A stretch of DNA of 63,991 bases, filler included, from Circinaria calcarea (taxonomy: Eukaryota): NCBI GenBank assembly GCA_051942165.1. It is 4 parts of 4 records of this genome, joined end to end, with 100 filler letters (N's around TTAATTAATTAA, not from the genome) between each part and the next. Parts side by side here need not be neighbours in the genome. Positions count along the whole stretch, not along the records: positions 49,456 to 63,991 come from JAVECS010000421.1; 3 more parts are not named here. The stretch is one strand, 5' to 3'. Shown piece after piece: positions 49,698 through 63,023 of the stretch. The notes beneath the pieces were generated by a model that worked only from the letters and a program-made list of their open reading frames with translations, made no database searches and had not been told where the DNA came from. Position numbers and translations under genes: made by a program. The number at the start of each line of letters is the position of its first letter. Positions within the stretch are counted from its first letter, which is position 1.

Positions 49698-51246
49698 CTA
49701 GGGGCCTCCTCCCGACTCTGCTCTCAGGAGCTCTGCCACGTCTTCGTCCAAGTCTGCCATTGCGTCTCCGCCGTCAAATTCTGTAAAGTCAGTTTCAAAG
49801 TCCATCTTGCGCTTCTTCAATGTTCCTCCACCGATAGGGCTACCGCCGTAAGCGTGTGCGGGTGGCATGGTGAATGAGGAGAGGAGGTCGGATCCTGCGT
49901 GGGCTAGAGCGGGCTGGACGGCCGGCGGCGGGTCAGTGTAACTGGGCTGCTGTTCGTGAGTTATATCTCCAGCAGGAGTGATGGCGAACATGGCTTCTTC
50001 AGCTGGGTGATACGAGCCGGTGGGTGTAAGAGATCCAGTAGGAGGCGGGGTGAGCTCTTCCATTTGTGGACGTTCTGGCTCGGTAGGTGCGGGGTCTTTG
50101 CTTTGGCTATTACCGTTCGTGTGTGACTCTATGCTGCCGCTGGTTTGGGGAGCATTAGATCCGCTCTCGGCTGACAGGCCACGCATAATTCCGTCCTCGA
50201 CTTCGCGCTTTGTGGCTTCAACGGTCGCCTTGCGAGTTACAAGCTCGCTGTGTTGCAGCTTTTCACTGGCTAAAGCTATGCGGTTTATCTCGAGGAGCTG
50301 CTCTAGAGCCTCAACAAGAGACTCTCGAGCTTTGATGCTTTCAGATACTGCCCCTTCTGCACTTGCAAGCTTTTTGAGTACACCATTCAGACGAGCTGCG
50401 TGGACTGCAGGCGGTAGATCGGTCACAATTGGATCCATAAGCTTTTCATGCTTCTCGTACTCGACTTTCGCGGCTGGAGCGGAACCGCTAACACCGATTG
50501 CGGCTTTTGAAACAGAAATCTGGAGAGGGACAAGTGGCTGAAGTTCACTAGGTGCGGATGGCCCGGAGGAGTTGGAAAATATCGATCCACCAAGAAGAGG
50601 TTTCTTCCCGGAGGATCGTGTCTTATCAATTTCTGGAAAGGTTAGTGACTCGGACAAGTTGCGGCTTCCAGGTCAAACGTACCGTTCACTCGAGCTTCGA
50701 TGGCCTCTTGAATTGGGGTCTCGAAGATCTGACGCTGCCGCCATACCTCAACGACCCTACGTAGCTTTTGTTGAACTTCGTTGGTGCCACCTTTGTATGC
50801 GGTTGCTGTAGCTTCTGCAATAATCTATAGTCCATTAGTACCGAATCAGATACTTTGTAGGGCATCACTCACCGGAGAGAAAGCAATGAGAAAGTCATCC
50901 TTCTTTCTCACCTTAGACTGCTGTGCTACCTCTACAAACCCATATGTGTTAGTTCATGAGATGAGAAACGAGTCGGTGTTGTGAATGTGCTGACCATTTG
51001 CGAGATATATCAGATTCAGCCTCTTTCCGGCCCCTGAATCTTTTAGTCTCTGTAACCAGAGCTGCGCTGTACGATCAGCATGTCTCCTGTGAGTAACGAT
51101 ATCAGCAAAGCCTCTACAAGCCGGGCTGTCAGAAGTGAGGGTCATTACCGATGAAACATAACCCATTGCGCGACAGTAACAATGCTTTCTTGCGTTTCGT
51201 TTAGGGCTGAGAGCTTGGCCTTGACGGCATCGTCGTTGTACGCCAT
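49698..51246 (-). CDS. RTT103: CID-domain transcription termination factor Rtt103
   Basis: Spliced N-terminus MAYNDDAVKAKLSALNETQESIVTVAQWVMFHR|RHA...KRLNLIYLAN|EVAQQSK...LRRVVEVWRQRQIF, then a coiled coil and the ERPQMEELTPP motif. Confidence 0.9.
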
Positions 51247-51743
51247 ATCGACTGCTTGTCTTGTTCTGACCCTGGGTTCGATGGCAGACGGAACAGTCTG
51301 TCGCTGTACAGGCGTTTACTCTGTATGGATCAGATTGATCTTGATACGGATGTTTACAGTGTCTACTGGCAAGCTACAGCCCAATGCCAAGGTTACATGA
51401 GCTGCAGCGAGGCCTACACCCTGGTTCCCTCCAGTGAATAGCTTCCCCAATACAACAACAGCCTTGACTGGTTTCTCAGTGATGAATTGATTGATCTTGG
51501 GTCACGTCGAACGCGGTGGTGAAGATGTAGAAGTACTCAAAACTAAAATTACCAATTTGCGCCTTGGATTTACGCTAACTTTAGCCACAAGATCGGATCC
51601 GAAGCTCCGTCCTCCGGTATGCTGTCGGGCTTGTAGAAAGTAACCTCTCGGCTTCAAGGCCAGTATCAGCTACTTTAATGTCCACGTCCATTGCGTCTTC
51701 CTAAAGGACCACTATCCACAAGACCTACAGTCACTGTAACAAC

Positions 51744-52699
51744 ATGGCCGATAGATTTCCTTCTCTAGAAGACTTCTCCGAAGGTACGTCAATGGCCTCC
51801 AAGGGCTATGGGAGCCCACACATTTCACTAACCTTTTATTTCCAATAGGACAAACCGAAGCTCGAGGCAACGAAAACCTTGGCTTCGACGGACTAGATGG
51901 CGATGACGACTTCCTTACACGTGAACGTGCCGCTCTCGGCGATGATGCCGCTCAATTCGCAACCCCGGGCGACAAACTTGGTGCTTCCGCTACTTTAGAG
52001 GATGGAGAGGATGATCTACTAGGGGATTCAGATAGCTACGGTGGCGGGCAGGGTGCTGCAGAGGAGACTATGGAATTTGAGAGCTCATTTCCAGCTATTG
52101 ATACCCGTAACGATGTGAGTTTCTATCACGGACCAACGCTTCAATACAAGGAGAAGCTGCTGATTTTGCCCCTTCAGCATATTGGTCCGGGCGGTACAAT
52201 TACAGGGTCAGGCCAGCCATACCAACTTCCCCAATCCTCCTATAGTAACTTCCCTGGCCAAGAAGAGGAACCCGAAGTAATCAAGTAAGCTCCCCAAGCA
52301 CTGCCCACCGCCCATCCACTCCACAACAGCTACTCACCCTCCTCCAGACAATGGCGCGAACGTCGCGACCTCGCCCTCCAACACCGCGAAGAAGTGTCTG
52401 CCAAGAAAAAGGCCGAAACCATAAAAGCTGCCCAATCCGCCATCGACGACTTCTACGAAAATTACAATACGAAAAAGGACAAGACCATTGCGCAAACCCG
52501 GAAAGAGGCAGAGGAATTCCTGGCGAGCAGGGAGGATACCTCGGCCGGCGGCACGAGCTGGGAGCGCATCGCCAAGTTGGTGGATCTGAGCGGAAAGGGA
52601 GCGAGAGGGGGCGCGAGTGGAACGGGCAAAGAGAAGTTTAGAGAACTGCTGATCAGTCTGAAAAAGGATGAGAAGGCGCCGGGGTCGACTGGATATTGA
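51744..52699 (+). CDS. CLC1: Clathrin light chain
   Basis: Four exons. MADRFPSLEDF, DFLTRERAALGDDAAQF, FESSFPAID, EEPEVIK|QWRE, IDDFYENYN, GGTSWERIAKLVD and FRELLISLKKDEKAPG. Confidence 0.93.
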
Positions 52700-52975
52700 A
52701 GTTTGGCATTTTTGCAATCTTACTGACATGGGCGTTGCGAGGTCTGGACGGTCTATCCAGGAAGGCTGGCACGAGGACTGCCTGGATTGTAAGATAAACG
52801 TGACATCGATTGCACCGTGTGAAAATAGAACGATCTCGTTCAAGAGCAGATTAATACTTTTGCAAGCCACTTGATGAAAGCAAAGACTTGTGCTATCTAG
52901 TATTTTTAACAAAGACAGGGGGAGCCGAGGAGTGCATGCAATCAACTAGTTCCCACAAGTATACTCAAGCTCTCA

Positions 52976-54565
52976 TCAATCCGGATCCGCAACCACCAGA
53001 TCATCCGCCTGCTCTGCCAGATCCGCATCCACGCCATCACCCTTCTCACTCGCCGCCTGCCTCTCCAGCTCCTTCAGCTTCTCCTGCCCCTCCTTCGTCG
53101 TCCCATCAATAACCCCCGGCTCCATGCTCAGCATGCCCGCCTCTCCCATCTGCCCCACCACCTCCTCCGCCTCCTCGACGCTCATCTTCCCCAGAACCTC
53201 ATTCATCTTGTCCAAGCTCCCGCTCTCCAGTGCACGCTGGAAGCCTGGTGGGAAGCTTTCGAAGACGGCGCGGGAGGCTTGCTCGACGGGGTCGTCGCTA
53301 CCGGGTTGTGGGATGTTGATTTGGTATTCCATTCCGGGTTCGACGGCGTGGAGTTGGATTCTCTCGACGCCGACTTCGTCGGATTTGGGGTTTGCGGCGC
53401 GTTCTTTGAGGAGCTCGGCTGTGCGGGATTGGATGCGGGCGTAGGTTGAGTTAACGTCGTCGAAGAAGATTTTGTGAGCTTGATGGCCAGGGGTCATAAT
53501 TCTAGTTCGGTGTTAGTATTCTGGAGTGGATGCGGTCTCTTTGTATGGTTGTGCTTACCGCTTGAAGAACAATGCAACCCCGTCCTTGCCTAGCGAGCGG
53601 CAGTACTGCAGAAGAAGTGCATGGTGGACACATTGCTTGGCATAGCTATCTTTGCCTTCCATTTGGGCGTTGAACCCCTCCAGGAGTAGACCGTCGGTTT
53701 CGCGTTCTGCTACAACCTCTCGATGCTCTGAGATGAACTGCAAGCACGCTTTGTAGTCTCCTACTTTGATCTTCGCAAATCTCTTCCCTAGCTCCGATGG
53801 CTCGATATGATCGTCGGCTTCGCCGTCTGGCTCGTCGGCCGCCTCTTCGATATCTGCATCGGCTCCTGAATCCTGTGCACTATCTTGACGTCTGAGAGCA
53901 TCTCTTTTCAGAGCAGCTGGATTTAAAACTTCGACGGTCTCTGCCTTCGGTTTGTTGCTTTTTGTGATCTTCTCCTTTCCCTTCGAGACAATTGATGTAT
54001 TGAAGCCAGTATGGATACTGTCACTAGTAATTTTACGGCCCTCCTCTCTCTCTAGCTCGTTTAGCCTTGTGGCCAATTCCTTCTGTAGACCAATGACCTT
54101 TTTCCTATGGCCCTCTATGCCCTTCAAGTACCCATGATACCAGTCCTCCGTCTTAGACTCGTCGACCTCTTTCTTCACCTGATCCATCAGGCTACCCATC
54201 ATTTGCGAGTAGCGCAGTGGTTCCTCCTTGGTATGAACTCCCTCCGGTGGTTTGGATGGCTCATCATCATCCGGATCTCCAGCTGAAGTGATCAAGGCTT
54301 GATATATGAAAGCGTTTTGATCCTTGGCCTCTGCTTCATGGCCTCGTAATGCCGCAAGGAGGGTGTCAATACGTCGGAGTAAGCCATCGTTGATGATTCG
54401 TTCATATTTCAGTGTTTCTATTTCTCTCCGTCTATCGAAACGCTGCTGGTGGATTTGATTCTGCTTGGCCTGTATGAAGGACCGCTTATCAACGTTCGGA
54501 TGGACCTCGATATCCGAATCGTCCGAGAGCTCGAGAGCATCCCATTTACTGTAGTCTAGAACCAT
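52976..54565 (-). CDS. CDC37: Hsp90 kinase co-chaperone Cdc37
   Basis: MVLDYSKWDALELSDDSDIEVHPNVDKRSF and CVHHALLLQYC. Intron 53502-53558. C-domain FESFPPGFQRALESGSLD. Confidence 0.96.
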
Positions 54566-54889
54566 TGTTGATATTTTGGTGAGTGGAGAGACTGTGGACA
54601 GCGCCTCAAAGGCTGAAGTTGAGCCGTCTGCATATGGAATAGATAGCTAATGGACGGAGAACGGGAGCTTTGGTGGCCGGAGTGGCCTCCGTCATCGTTC
54701 CAGAACAACACGTGCTAGTGCATAATCCTTGTAAGATTACAATTCACAAACATTAGGGTATTCTATGGGGGTACCTGAAATATGTGCCTTGCCTTGGTTC
54801 TCAGCCATTCCTGACGAAGATGAGCAGACGCCCCGAATCCGTACGTCTGCAGCGGTGATACTAGCCTATCATCACTCGTGCAGCAAGAT

Positions 54890-57416
54890 ATGCGCAGCTG
54901 TGAGCTGCTCTTGCTGAAAACTTTAAGGGCTTCAGCGCTCAATAGGCTAGACTCTTGCCTGGCACAGCGCAGGAGTTTGCATTATGTTTCTCAGATCACC
55001 TCTTTAAGCAGGCTCAAGACAACACAGTCACCTCGGATCTCAAGCTACTCTCGACTATGTTCCCTGCATTGGAACTCAAAAACATCCGCTGGCGGTCCCC
55101 CAAACCTCCATCAACCTGGTCTTCAACCTGCACAACGCCTATTTAGTACATATCGAGTCCTTCGGGAGGCAAACCCTCCAGCTGCCAAGCAAGAGGAGAA
55201 ACTAGTAAAGCAAGAGAATGACGAAGAGCCGGATCATGCGGATGAAGAGCGCGGCTTTGTAAGATCGGCAAAAGCAAATCAAGCTGCGCAGGTCAATCTC
55301 AGCGCGCGTCTAGCCAAAGATGGGAAGTCTCAGGGGCAGACAGCAGGATTTGGAGAAATATGGAGGTTAATCAAAATTGCGAGGCCTGAAGCTGGTATTC
55401 TTGGCATTGCATTTGTCTTCCTGCTGGTCTCATCGTCGATATCCATGTCTATCCCTTTCTCCATTGGGAAGATTCTAGATATAGCAACGAAGGCTGATGG
55501 CGGAGATGTGATCTTTGGCATGGACCTCTCAACCTTCTACCTTGCTCTGGCCGGCGTCCTAACTCTAGGCGCCGCAGCGAACTACGGTCGTATTATAATT
55601 CTCCGAATCGTCGGTGAGCGGATTGTTGCTAGACTACGCTCCCAGCTTTTCCGACGGACTTTCATACAGAACGCAGAATTCTTCGATGCCAATAGGGTTG
55701 GAGACTTGATCTCCCGCCTAAGTTCCGATACCATCATCGTGGGCAAGAGTATCACACAGAACTTATCAGATGGACTGCGATCCCTTGTCAGTGGTGGTGC
55801 TGGCTTCGGTCTCATGGCTTATGTGAGTTTAAAACTGACTGGAATATTGACATTGATGTTTCCTCCTGTTGCAATTGGTGCATTCTTTTACGGAAAAGCA
55901 ATCAGAAACCTTAGCCGGAAGATTCAGAGGAACCTCGGAACGCTGACGAAGATTGCTGAAGAACGGTTGAGTAATGTAAGAACTAGCCAGGCGTTTGCTG
56001 GTGAGATCTTAGAGGTTCGAAGATACAATACGCAAGTCAGGAAGATTTTCAATCTTGGAAAGAAAGAGGCGTTGATTAGTGCAACGTTCTTCAGTACAGT
56101 GAGTTACGGGCTTATATACGCACACAAGGACGGTACTGATTTACGCTAGACGGGGCTAATGGGTAACATGACTATAATAGCCCTGCTGTACGTGGGTGGG
56201 GGAATGGTCAAGTCAGGGGCTATCAGCATCGGCGACTTGACCTCATTTCTCATGTATACTGCCTATGCAGGCTCAAGTCTCTTTGGGCTATCATCCTTCT
56301 ACTCTGAACTCATGAAAGGAGTGGGAGCTGCGAGTCGGCTCTTTGAGCTTCAAGATAGAAATCCTACTATCTCCCCTACCGTTGGCACTAAAGTCACATC
56401 CGCAAGGGGCGCGATCCGATTTGAGAACGTTACGTTCAGCTATCCTACCAGGCCCGCCGTCAACATATTCAACAATCTAGATTTTGAGATCCCACAGGGC
56501 ACAAATGTCGCAGTGGTAGGACCCTCAGGAGGTGGCAAGTCAACTATAGCATCCTTAATGCTTCGTTTCTACACACCCACAAAAGGTACCATTAAAATCG
56601 ATGGCGTTGATATCAAAACTATGAACGTGAAATCGTTACGACGAAGAATCGGTCTGGTTGCACAAGAACCAGTCCTGTTCTCAGGAAGCATTGCCGACAA
56701 TATCGCATACGCCAAACCCGATGCCACGCGTGCAGAGATCATTGCGGCAGCCAAGAAAGCCAATTGCCAGTTTATCAGTGACTTTCCCGATGGTCTCGAC
56801 ACCTCTGTTGGAGCACGAGGAGCGCAGCTTTCGGGAGGCCAGAAGCAGAGAATAGCAATCGCTCGAGCGTTGGTCAAGAATCCCGACATCTTAATTCTTG
56901 ACGAAGGTGTGTTTCCTTTCTCATCTACCTCCCAAGCCCTAATACCTCTCCTTACTAACCATGGGAACAGCCACATCCGCTCTTGACGCCGAATCCGAAA
57001 CCCTCGTTAACTCTGCCCTTGCCGCTCTCCTTCGCGGTAATAATACTACCATCTCCATTGCCCACCGCCTTTCTACCATAAAACGTTCCGACCGGATCAT
57101 CGTGCTCTCTTCGGACGGAAAAGTCGCCGAACAAGGCACGTACAGAGAACTATCCAGCAACCCTCACGGCGCTTTTACAAAACTGATGGAGTGGCAAATG
57201 AGTGGGGGAGAACCGATCGACAGTACTAATGAAAATGCAAGTCTGAGTATCGCAGCCGAGCCGAGGGGCCCGCCAACGGATGCTGAAGATGTGTTGCACG
57301 GTCTGGAGGAAGAGGAAGAAGGCGAGGAAGGGGATGATGAGGTCGCCAAGGTTCGAAAGGGCAAGGAGAGTAAACCAGAAGCAGTATTAGAAAAGGTAGG
57401 GAAGCAGGGAATGTAA
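54890..57416 (+). CDS. MDL1: Mitochondrial ABC-B half transporter (Mdl1/ABCB10-like)
   Basis: Arg/Leu/Ser-rich presequence. TMD with FFDANRVGDLISRL. NBD with GPSGGGKST, LSGGQKQRIAIARA, ILILDE|ATSALD and IAHRLST. Introns 56099-56149 and 56907-56970. Confidence 0.92.
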
Positions 57417-58585
57417 TAGCATTGGAATCGCTGCGCGTTCGTATCACTGGCATTGAAAATGGAGGCGTTTTCTTAAACGGATGGGAAAGGAATTATTGGC
57501 AGTGTTCCGTATGTACTAACTCCTGGAATAGACTGGGCTGTGCAAGGTAGAAGGACATCTATCACTTTCCACTCGATCTAAGTATCTAGTAACTGTCATC
57601 CTCTTTCTCAAGGATGGTAAAATATGCGTGACGACTTTGTGGGAAATTGGGAGCGCAGATAGTTGCCTACGAGTGGGTTATTCGCTCCTGCTTAATGAAA
57701 CGTATTATGCAAAATAAAAGCCGATAACTAGTAAGCGTGGGACCTGTTAGATGGTGGTGGTTCCAGCGAATTCTACAATCTACATTACTGGCTCTCTGCG
57801 GCATCCTCATAAAGGATGCGTCGACGCTTTTGCTGGATGAGAACCACATGAAAGGGTCTCTACCTAATGTTAAGCCAGGAGTCTCTGGCCGTGGAGATAT
57901 CGGGGGTAAATAAGAAATGCTACCAGCTCAGGTCAGGCTTAGAGATACAAATTCTTTTCCTCTCCTACGGGTAGAAGAGTGTCAGCTGACAAGAAGAAAA
58001 GCTTCCATTATGTGATGACCCTTTAAATGTTAAGGCCTATGGACGTTCTCGATCACTGATCGACCATCCAGGTCCTAGAAAATGTGATTGGCTCGCTTCG
58101 CCTTATGGCTCTACAATAGAATAGAATAACTATTTAGCCGTAATCTTTTAACCAACGACATCTCTAGACAATCCACTGCGTCTAACCAGGAAGTCGGTCA
58201 ACACATGTATATAAATATAAGATTAGCAAACAAGGCCAGTAGGTAGTATCAGGTGCAGTCCACCATGTTTTTCTGCGTCAGATTAGCTCTCCGTTTCATG
58301 TCAAACCCTAGTTTTATTTGGCTGCGTTGAGCCAGCCGCAAATAAAACATCATGGGCTTTTTCATATTTCCGCGTGTGATTTTGAACCGTGAAATCGATT
58401 TAGCTCTTCAAACCTTGCAATTTCTGCCCACCTTATGGCTTTCTTGTGCACCTTGAATTAAGCTGGTGGATCGGCTACCCACGTTGCCGAGCTTTTGATA
58501 CCTTCTCGACCTTTGATTCATATCATGCCCTAATACCCTCATTGCAAAACCTCCGATCAACAAGCTTGATGGCACTTGGTGCAAT

Positions 58586-59101
58586 GTGGGGCTGCCTTCC
58601 TGTACAGCGCAGGCGTCAGGAGAGGCCTATTCAACTGCTCCCAGTGTTCCGTGCGTCAAAAGAAGCGTTGGCCGTCAACACCTCTCAATCGTTCCACCCT
58701 GCCTATCCGATCACTGTCGAGCTTACCTCGATGGCTGGAATCTGCGTGCAAACATAAACCGTCCAGGTTCTGGTACACAGGGTCAGACTTCCGGGTTTGC
58801 GCAGCAGTTAACACTCCAAGGCCCTCTTACAAACGCTGCTGCTTTGACAGGTGTTGCACCGGGTGTTGCTAGTACTGCTGGAAATGCGGCTCAGAGTGCG
58901 ACGCCAACTGGTGCTATAGCTCTGGCTAATCCAACGCAACGACCACGACATGATAACTTGCCCCTCCCCCCTGAGATAGCTGACCTGATCTGTGCGATGC
59001 TGCCATTGGAAGATCTAGATACTGCTCGATTAACCTGTAGGGACTGGCGAGAACACATCATGAGCAGCAAATGGACTTTGAAGAACGCCCTCGGTCAGTA
59101 G
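58586..59101 (+). pseudogene. Truncated F-box gene fragment
   Basis: LPLPPEIADLICAMLPLEDLDTARLTCRDW is an F-box, but the ORF stops about 17 codons later, overlapping the end of the opposing ankyrin ORF. There is no in-frame ATG upstream of the F-box. Confidence 0.55.
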
Positions 59102-61012
59102 AACCTTGAATACTCATAGCATGCGCTGATCCAAAAAGATGTGCTCTTCCAGCAGCTATGAATAGAGCAATATCTTCCCAGCGATTCCTCTGGTTGATAT
59201 CACAAACTTGCCGTTGTAGTACTCGCATTAGCATGTTCTCATTCCCGTTGAAAGCTGCACGATGTAGAGAGGTATTTCCATTCTTGTCTCCCAGCCCTAA
59301 ATATGCGCCCAGGGAGACCAGCGGGTCTACCATTGTCTTGTTATCATTCTCAATCGCATACTCCAACGCGGTTAAGCTGTTAGTTATTATTGTGGAATTT
59401 ACGACGGCGTTTTCGTCTATCAGTAACCGCAACACCGACGCACGTCCAGAAGTGGGTAGCATAGTAGAGTGGTGTAAATCTCAAGGTACCTTCCACATTG
59501 ACATCAGCCCTGTTATCGATTAAAAGCTGCACAAGAGCCTTCTGCCCTTATGAAGCAGCATGTTGCAATACCAGTAACCGTTCGGGGCTCCCATCTCAAA
59601 ATTAGTACCTCTTTTTTATCAGAGGAACTGAATGGTGTCTACGTTCACCTCACTCATCTCCCGTGCAATAGCTTTCGAAGGCGCATAGTCGACCGAGTCG
59701 TATTAAAACCAACTTCCACGGGTGTTAATGCACGGCGGGGTACCTTCTCTCGAAATATCACACTGCCTGGCACTTCATACTTTGAAGGGGAAGAAGACTT
59801 TGAATGCTCCTTAATTTCCACCGATGACCGTTTGAATTTTCTCCATTTTGGACTTCTTCGATCTTAGCGGGTTTGACGGGCGGTTCTTCAAAACGTTGAG
59901 CCAGTTTCGAAGTTACCTCATTAGTCTTTGTGACTCTGATTGATAGTGGTTCTGGCGGCTCTGTGGTTTCGACTCCGCTTTGAAGTCAGAGGGTATCCAA
60001 CGCTTTTTCTGCCGTCAAACGCATCGATGTGGAGGGACTGAGTAAAACCTTTACTAAGACAATCCCCTCAACGCTCAAGCCCCCCCCGCAAAGGCTCCTC
60101 GGGGGAGGACACTCTGCAATTGCAGTATTTCTGAAGATGCCTCAGGTTTTTGAAAGGGGATGACTGGGCGGTCATGTTGTTGATGATACATCCCAACGAG
60201 CACATATCTACGGCAATGGTGTACTCAAAGGTACCGTCGTCCTCGTCCTGCACATAGCAGGCTACTTCTGGAGTCTAGAAATTGGGAGTGCCTTTTTGCG
60301 TGCGAAAGGCTGTCTGTCCATTTTCAAGTTGTTTCGTGATTCCCAAACCCCCAAGCTTGACCCAGCACGATGGAAAGGCTCGAGCCTTCTGAACCACGAA
60401 TATGTTCTGCAACGCATTAGTACGTAATCCTACATCCCGAGCCTAGAGCGGGTTGACGAACAGCAGGTTTGAGGTCATGATCGGTGAAGATTTCAAGTGA
60501 ATTGCTAGTAATCTCCTTGACATCCACTTTCGTGAATGTCTCCGTAAGGTACTGGCCAAGATCACCATATTCAAAGTGATGCGAGATAGACCGCCTCAGG
60601 ATTCATGTACCAGCCAAGAAATCTGACAAGTGCCTCTTCTTGCGAAAGCTAAATGTCATATTGGCATATGTAGAGGATGAATTAGGTGACACTATTTGCC
60701 TGGGGTTTCGAGAACTGGGCTAAGGCCGATAACTCCCTTTGATAGTCAACACTGAAGGCGCTCATCCGACCTTTGTTGATTATCTTGACCGCGCGCTCGT
60801 CTTTAGCGGCTCCAGCATCTTGAGACTTTATCTCCAGCCATACTTACCGAAGGTCCTTGACCGATATTTCTTTGTCTTTCCCATTTGCCCACCACTTTCT
60901 CCTTGCCGAGGCCACGAGTACGATAGGCTCGGTAAGAGGCATGCGATGAATATTCTGGGAAGACTTCTGCGTCGAGCTTGAAATGATCAAGCAGATCCGA
61001 GGCGAACGACAT
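59058..61012 (-). pseudogene. Ser/Thr protein kinase-ankyrin repeat pseudogene
   Basis: MSFASDLLDHFKL...IGQG(frameshift)FGKVWL...RAVKII...RELSALAQFSK. HRD decayed to DHDLKP, DFG to KLGGLG, in-frame stop in GTPNF*TPE, and YTIAVDMCSLGC. Downstream ankyrin repeats TALEYA...GNTSLHRAA...ALFIAA. Confidence 0.85.
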
Positions 61013-61808
61013 TGACCATCTGCCAAACTCGAAACTAGAACCATGAATGCAAGCTCAAAGAGCGTTTAGCTTGTGGAACCCTAGTATGTCTTTATTGAGT
61101 AACCCCTGGAGTCTGCAATAGGCGGTCGATCATCTAAGTCTTGCTGATAATAAAGTCTATCCCCATCACTTGAGCCCTAACGAGTTAGGAAAGCAAGGAT
61201 AGAAATATACAGAGATAGACAATTATTGCGGTTGCAAATGGTGCAGAGTAATAAGGTTTACACCCACATTGCACTTCATTGGTGAGGTGCAGGCAGCCCA
61301 TCGCCCGTGGCGCAGGCCAACTAATGATACTCAGTAATCCTGATAAGATACACCTACTTGAAGGCTTAACAACAGATATCCACTTTTGGTAAGATTTGTA
61401 TCGTGAAATTACACGAGCTATGATACATCTAACTTATAAGAATCTAGGATAGAATGAGATTTGTAGACAGCTTTCAAGGGGTTTGTGAATTGGTAGTTGC
61501 CTGGCCAATTATCGCAAAGTTTGGTAAACAAGGTCTTCCTGTTTATCGCTTTCCAGCCTCCGCACTTCATGCCAACCACCATTCAACGAAAACACAAGAT
61601 ATCTCGTTAATGGTTTCACAGCTAACGTGTTGCACATACTGAGTTCTTGTATGATATCTGGAGTAAGCTTTCCCTACTACAGCAATTCAGCTATCGTATT
61701 TTGGATTATCACAACAATCTCAAATAAAGCAAGAGCAGCATTATTGGGAACAGACAGAGACGGGGGTAAGGGCTTCTAAGCCCGATTAATTATCCCATTA
61801 CAACTACA

Positions 61809-63023
61809 ATGGCTCCCTTACCGACTATTGACCACTCCCTCACCTCCGGCCTCGATATCTCCTCCCTCGAGCTCGACCGTCGAACCTCCCCCGAAGGAGA
61901 TATTCCATCCTACATTTCCTCGCTCACCATTTCAAAACGCCAGGCATCAGGTGCTTCATCATACTTCACCAAAAGCTCATCTGGCTCACTTTCACCACTC
62001 TCCGCCGGCTCTCTCCTTCGAGCTCGTGATGCAACTCCACAATCTCGATATACTCCTGGCAGCGCTACAATCCCCCCAACATCAATAAATAACAAAGGCG
62101 TTCTCGCCCTCTTTGCCCTTCTATCCGCCTCTCTTGTTATCGCAAGCATCTGGTTCTTCTTCTGGGCCAAGAATGGAGGCTTTCATTTCCGCAAAGGAGA
62201 CTGGGAGGACTACAAATCCACCGTCCTCCGACGAAAAGGACCCGATGGCAAGACCCTTAGCAACGCGACTAAAAGCACCGAACTGGGCGGAGGCAGTATC
62301 GTCGCCAGCACCGAGCGAACCGACGACTTCGCCTCCATCATTGAAGAGAAACCTCGCCGCAACAAACGCGGCAAGAAGCAATCCAAAAACAGCCACGACA
62401 ACGACGTGCGCGCCTACCGCCACGAGAAACCCGCCAAAGTCGGTGGTCTCAATCGCGAGCCAGACGGCTCCTACCACGACTACTCTAATACCGATCCCTC
62501 CGAACTCTCGGAAATCGCCCATCCCCTCGCACACAAGCATAACAAACCCAGCAAGAAAGAGCAAAAACCCGCTAGTACCCCGAAGAACAAACAACCCCGC
62601 AACTTCTCCTACGCACCCGGCACCGAATCCACCTTCTCCGTCTACTCCGACGACTCCCACCGTCCCCTCCGCGCCTCACCCGCTCATCACCGTCACAGCC
62701 GCGAGAGCACCCCCTCTCATACCCCCGTCACCCGTTCCCGCCAACCGTCACCCATCAAGAATCAGCAGACTCCCACACATAAACCCCGCCATTCGGCCAC
62801 CAGAGGTAGCGCGCGCGAATCGAGTTACACGGATCCAATTGATTTCGAGAGCAGGTACACGGCCAGTGAGGCGGAGACGGAACAGAGCCGAGGCACGAAG
62901 GCGTACTTTCATCCCATTCCCGGCTTGAGTGCTGGAGCAGGGAATGGGTTTCGGAGAGGTGGAGGGAGGAGGAGGGATAGTTTGTCGGATAGTGAAGGGG
63001 AGACTGGGACGGTAAGGTCCTGA
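61809..63023 (+). CDS. Conserved fungal single-pass membrane protein of unknown function
   Basis: Intronless 404-aa ORF with a good start context. One TM helix (GVLALFALLSASLVIASIWFFFW) followed by AKNGGF..RKGDWEDYKSTVLRRKGPDG, DVRAYRHEKPAKVGGLN and GTKAYFHPIPGL. Confidence 0.75.
   Translation: MAPLPTIDHSLTSGLDISSLELDRRTSPEGDIPSYISSLTISKRQASGASSYFTKSSSGSLSPLSAGSLLRARDATPQSRYTPGSATIPPTSINNKGVLALFALLSASLVIASIWFFFWAKNGGFHFRKGDWEDYKSTVLRRKGPDGKTLSNATKSTELGGGSIVASTERTDDFASIIEEKPRRNKRGKKQSKNSHDNDVRAYRHEKPAKVGGLNREPDGSYHDYSNTDPSELSEIAHPLAHKHNKPSKKEQKPASTPKNKQPRNFSYAPGTESTFSVYSDDSHRPLRASPAHHRHSRESTPSHTPVTRSRQPSPIKNQQTPTHKPRHSATRGSARESSYTDPIDFESRYTASEAETEQSRGTKAYFHPIPGLSAGAGNGFRRGGGRRRDSLSDSEGETGTVRS

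Noticed and set aside
54697..54706. Heat-shock element (TTCnnGAA) upstream of CDC37
   Set aside because: Only two pentamer units, too weak to call.
49698..57416. RTT103-CLC1-CDC37-MDL1 as a functional cluster
   Set aside because: Unrelated housekeeping genes in ordinary compact divergent and convergent arrangement.
62113..62928. 271-aa alternative-frame ORF and 179-aa antisense ORF in the membrane-protein gene
   Set aside because: Explained by strong C-ending codon bias. The products are P/T-rich with no independent start signal.
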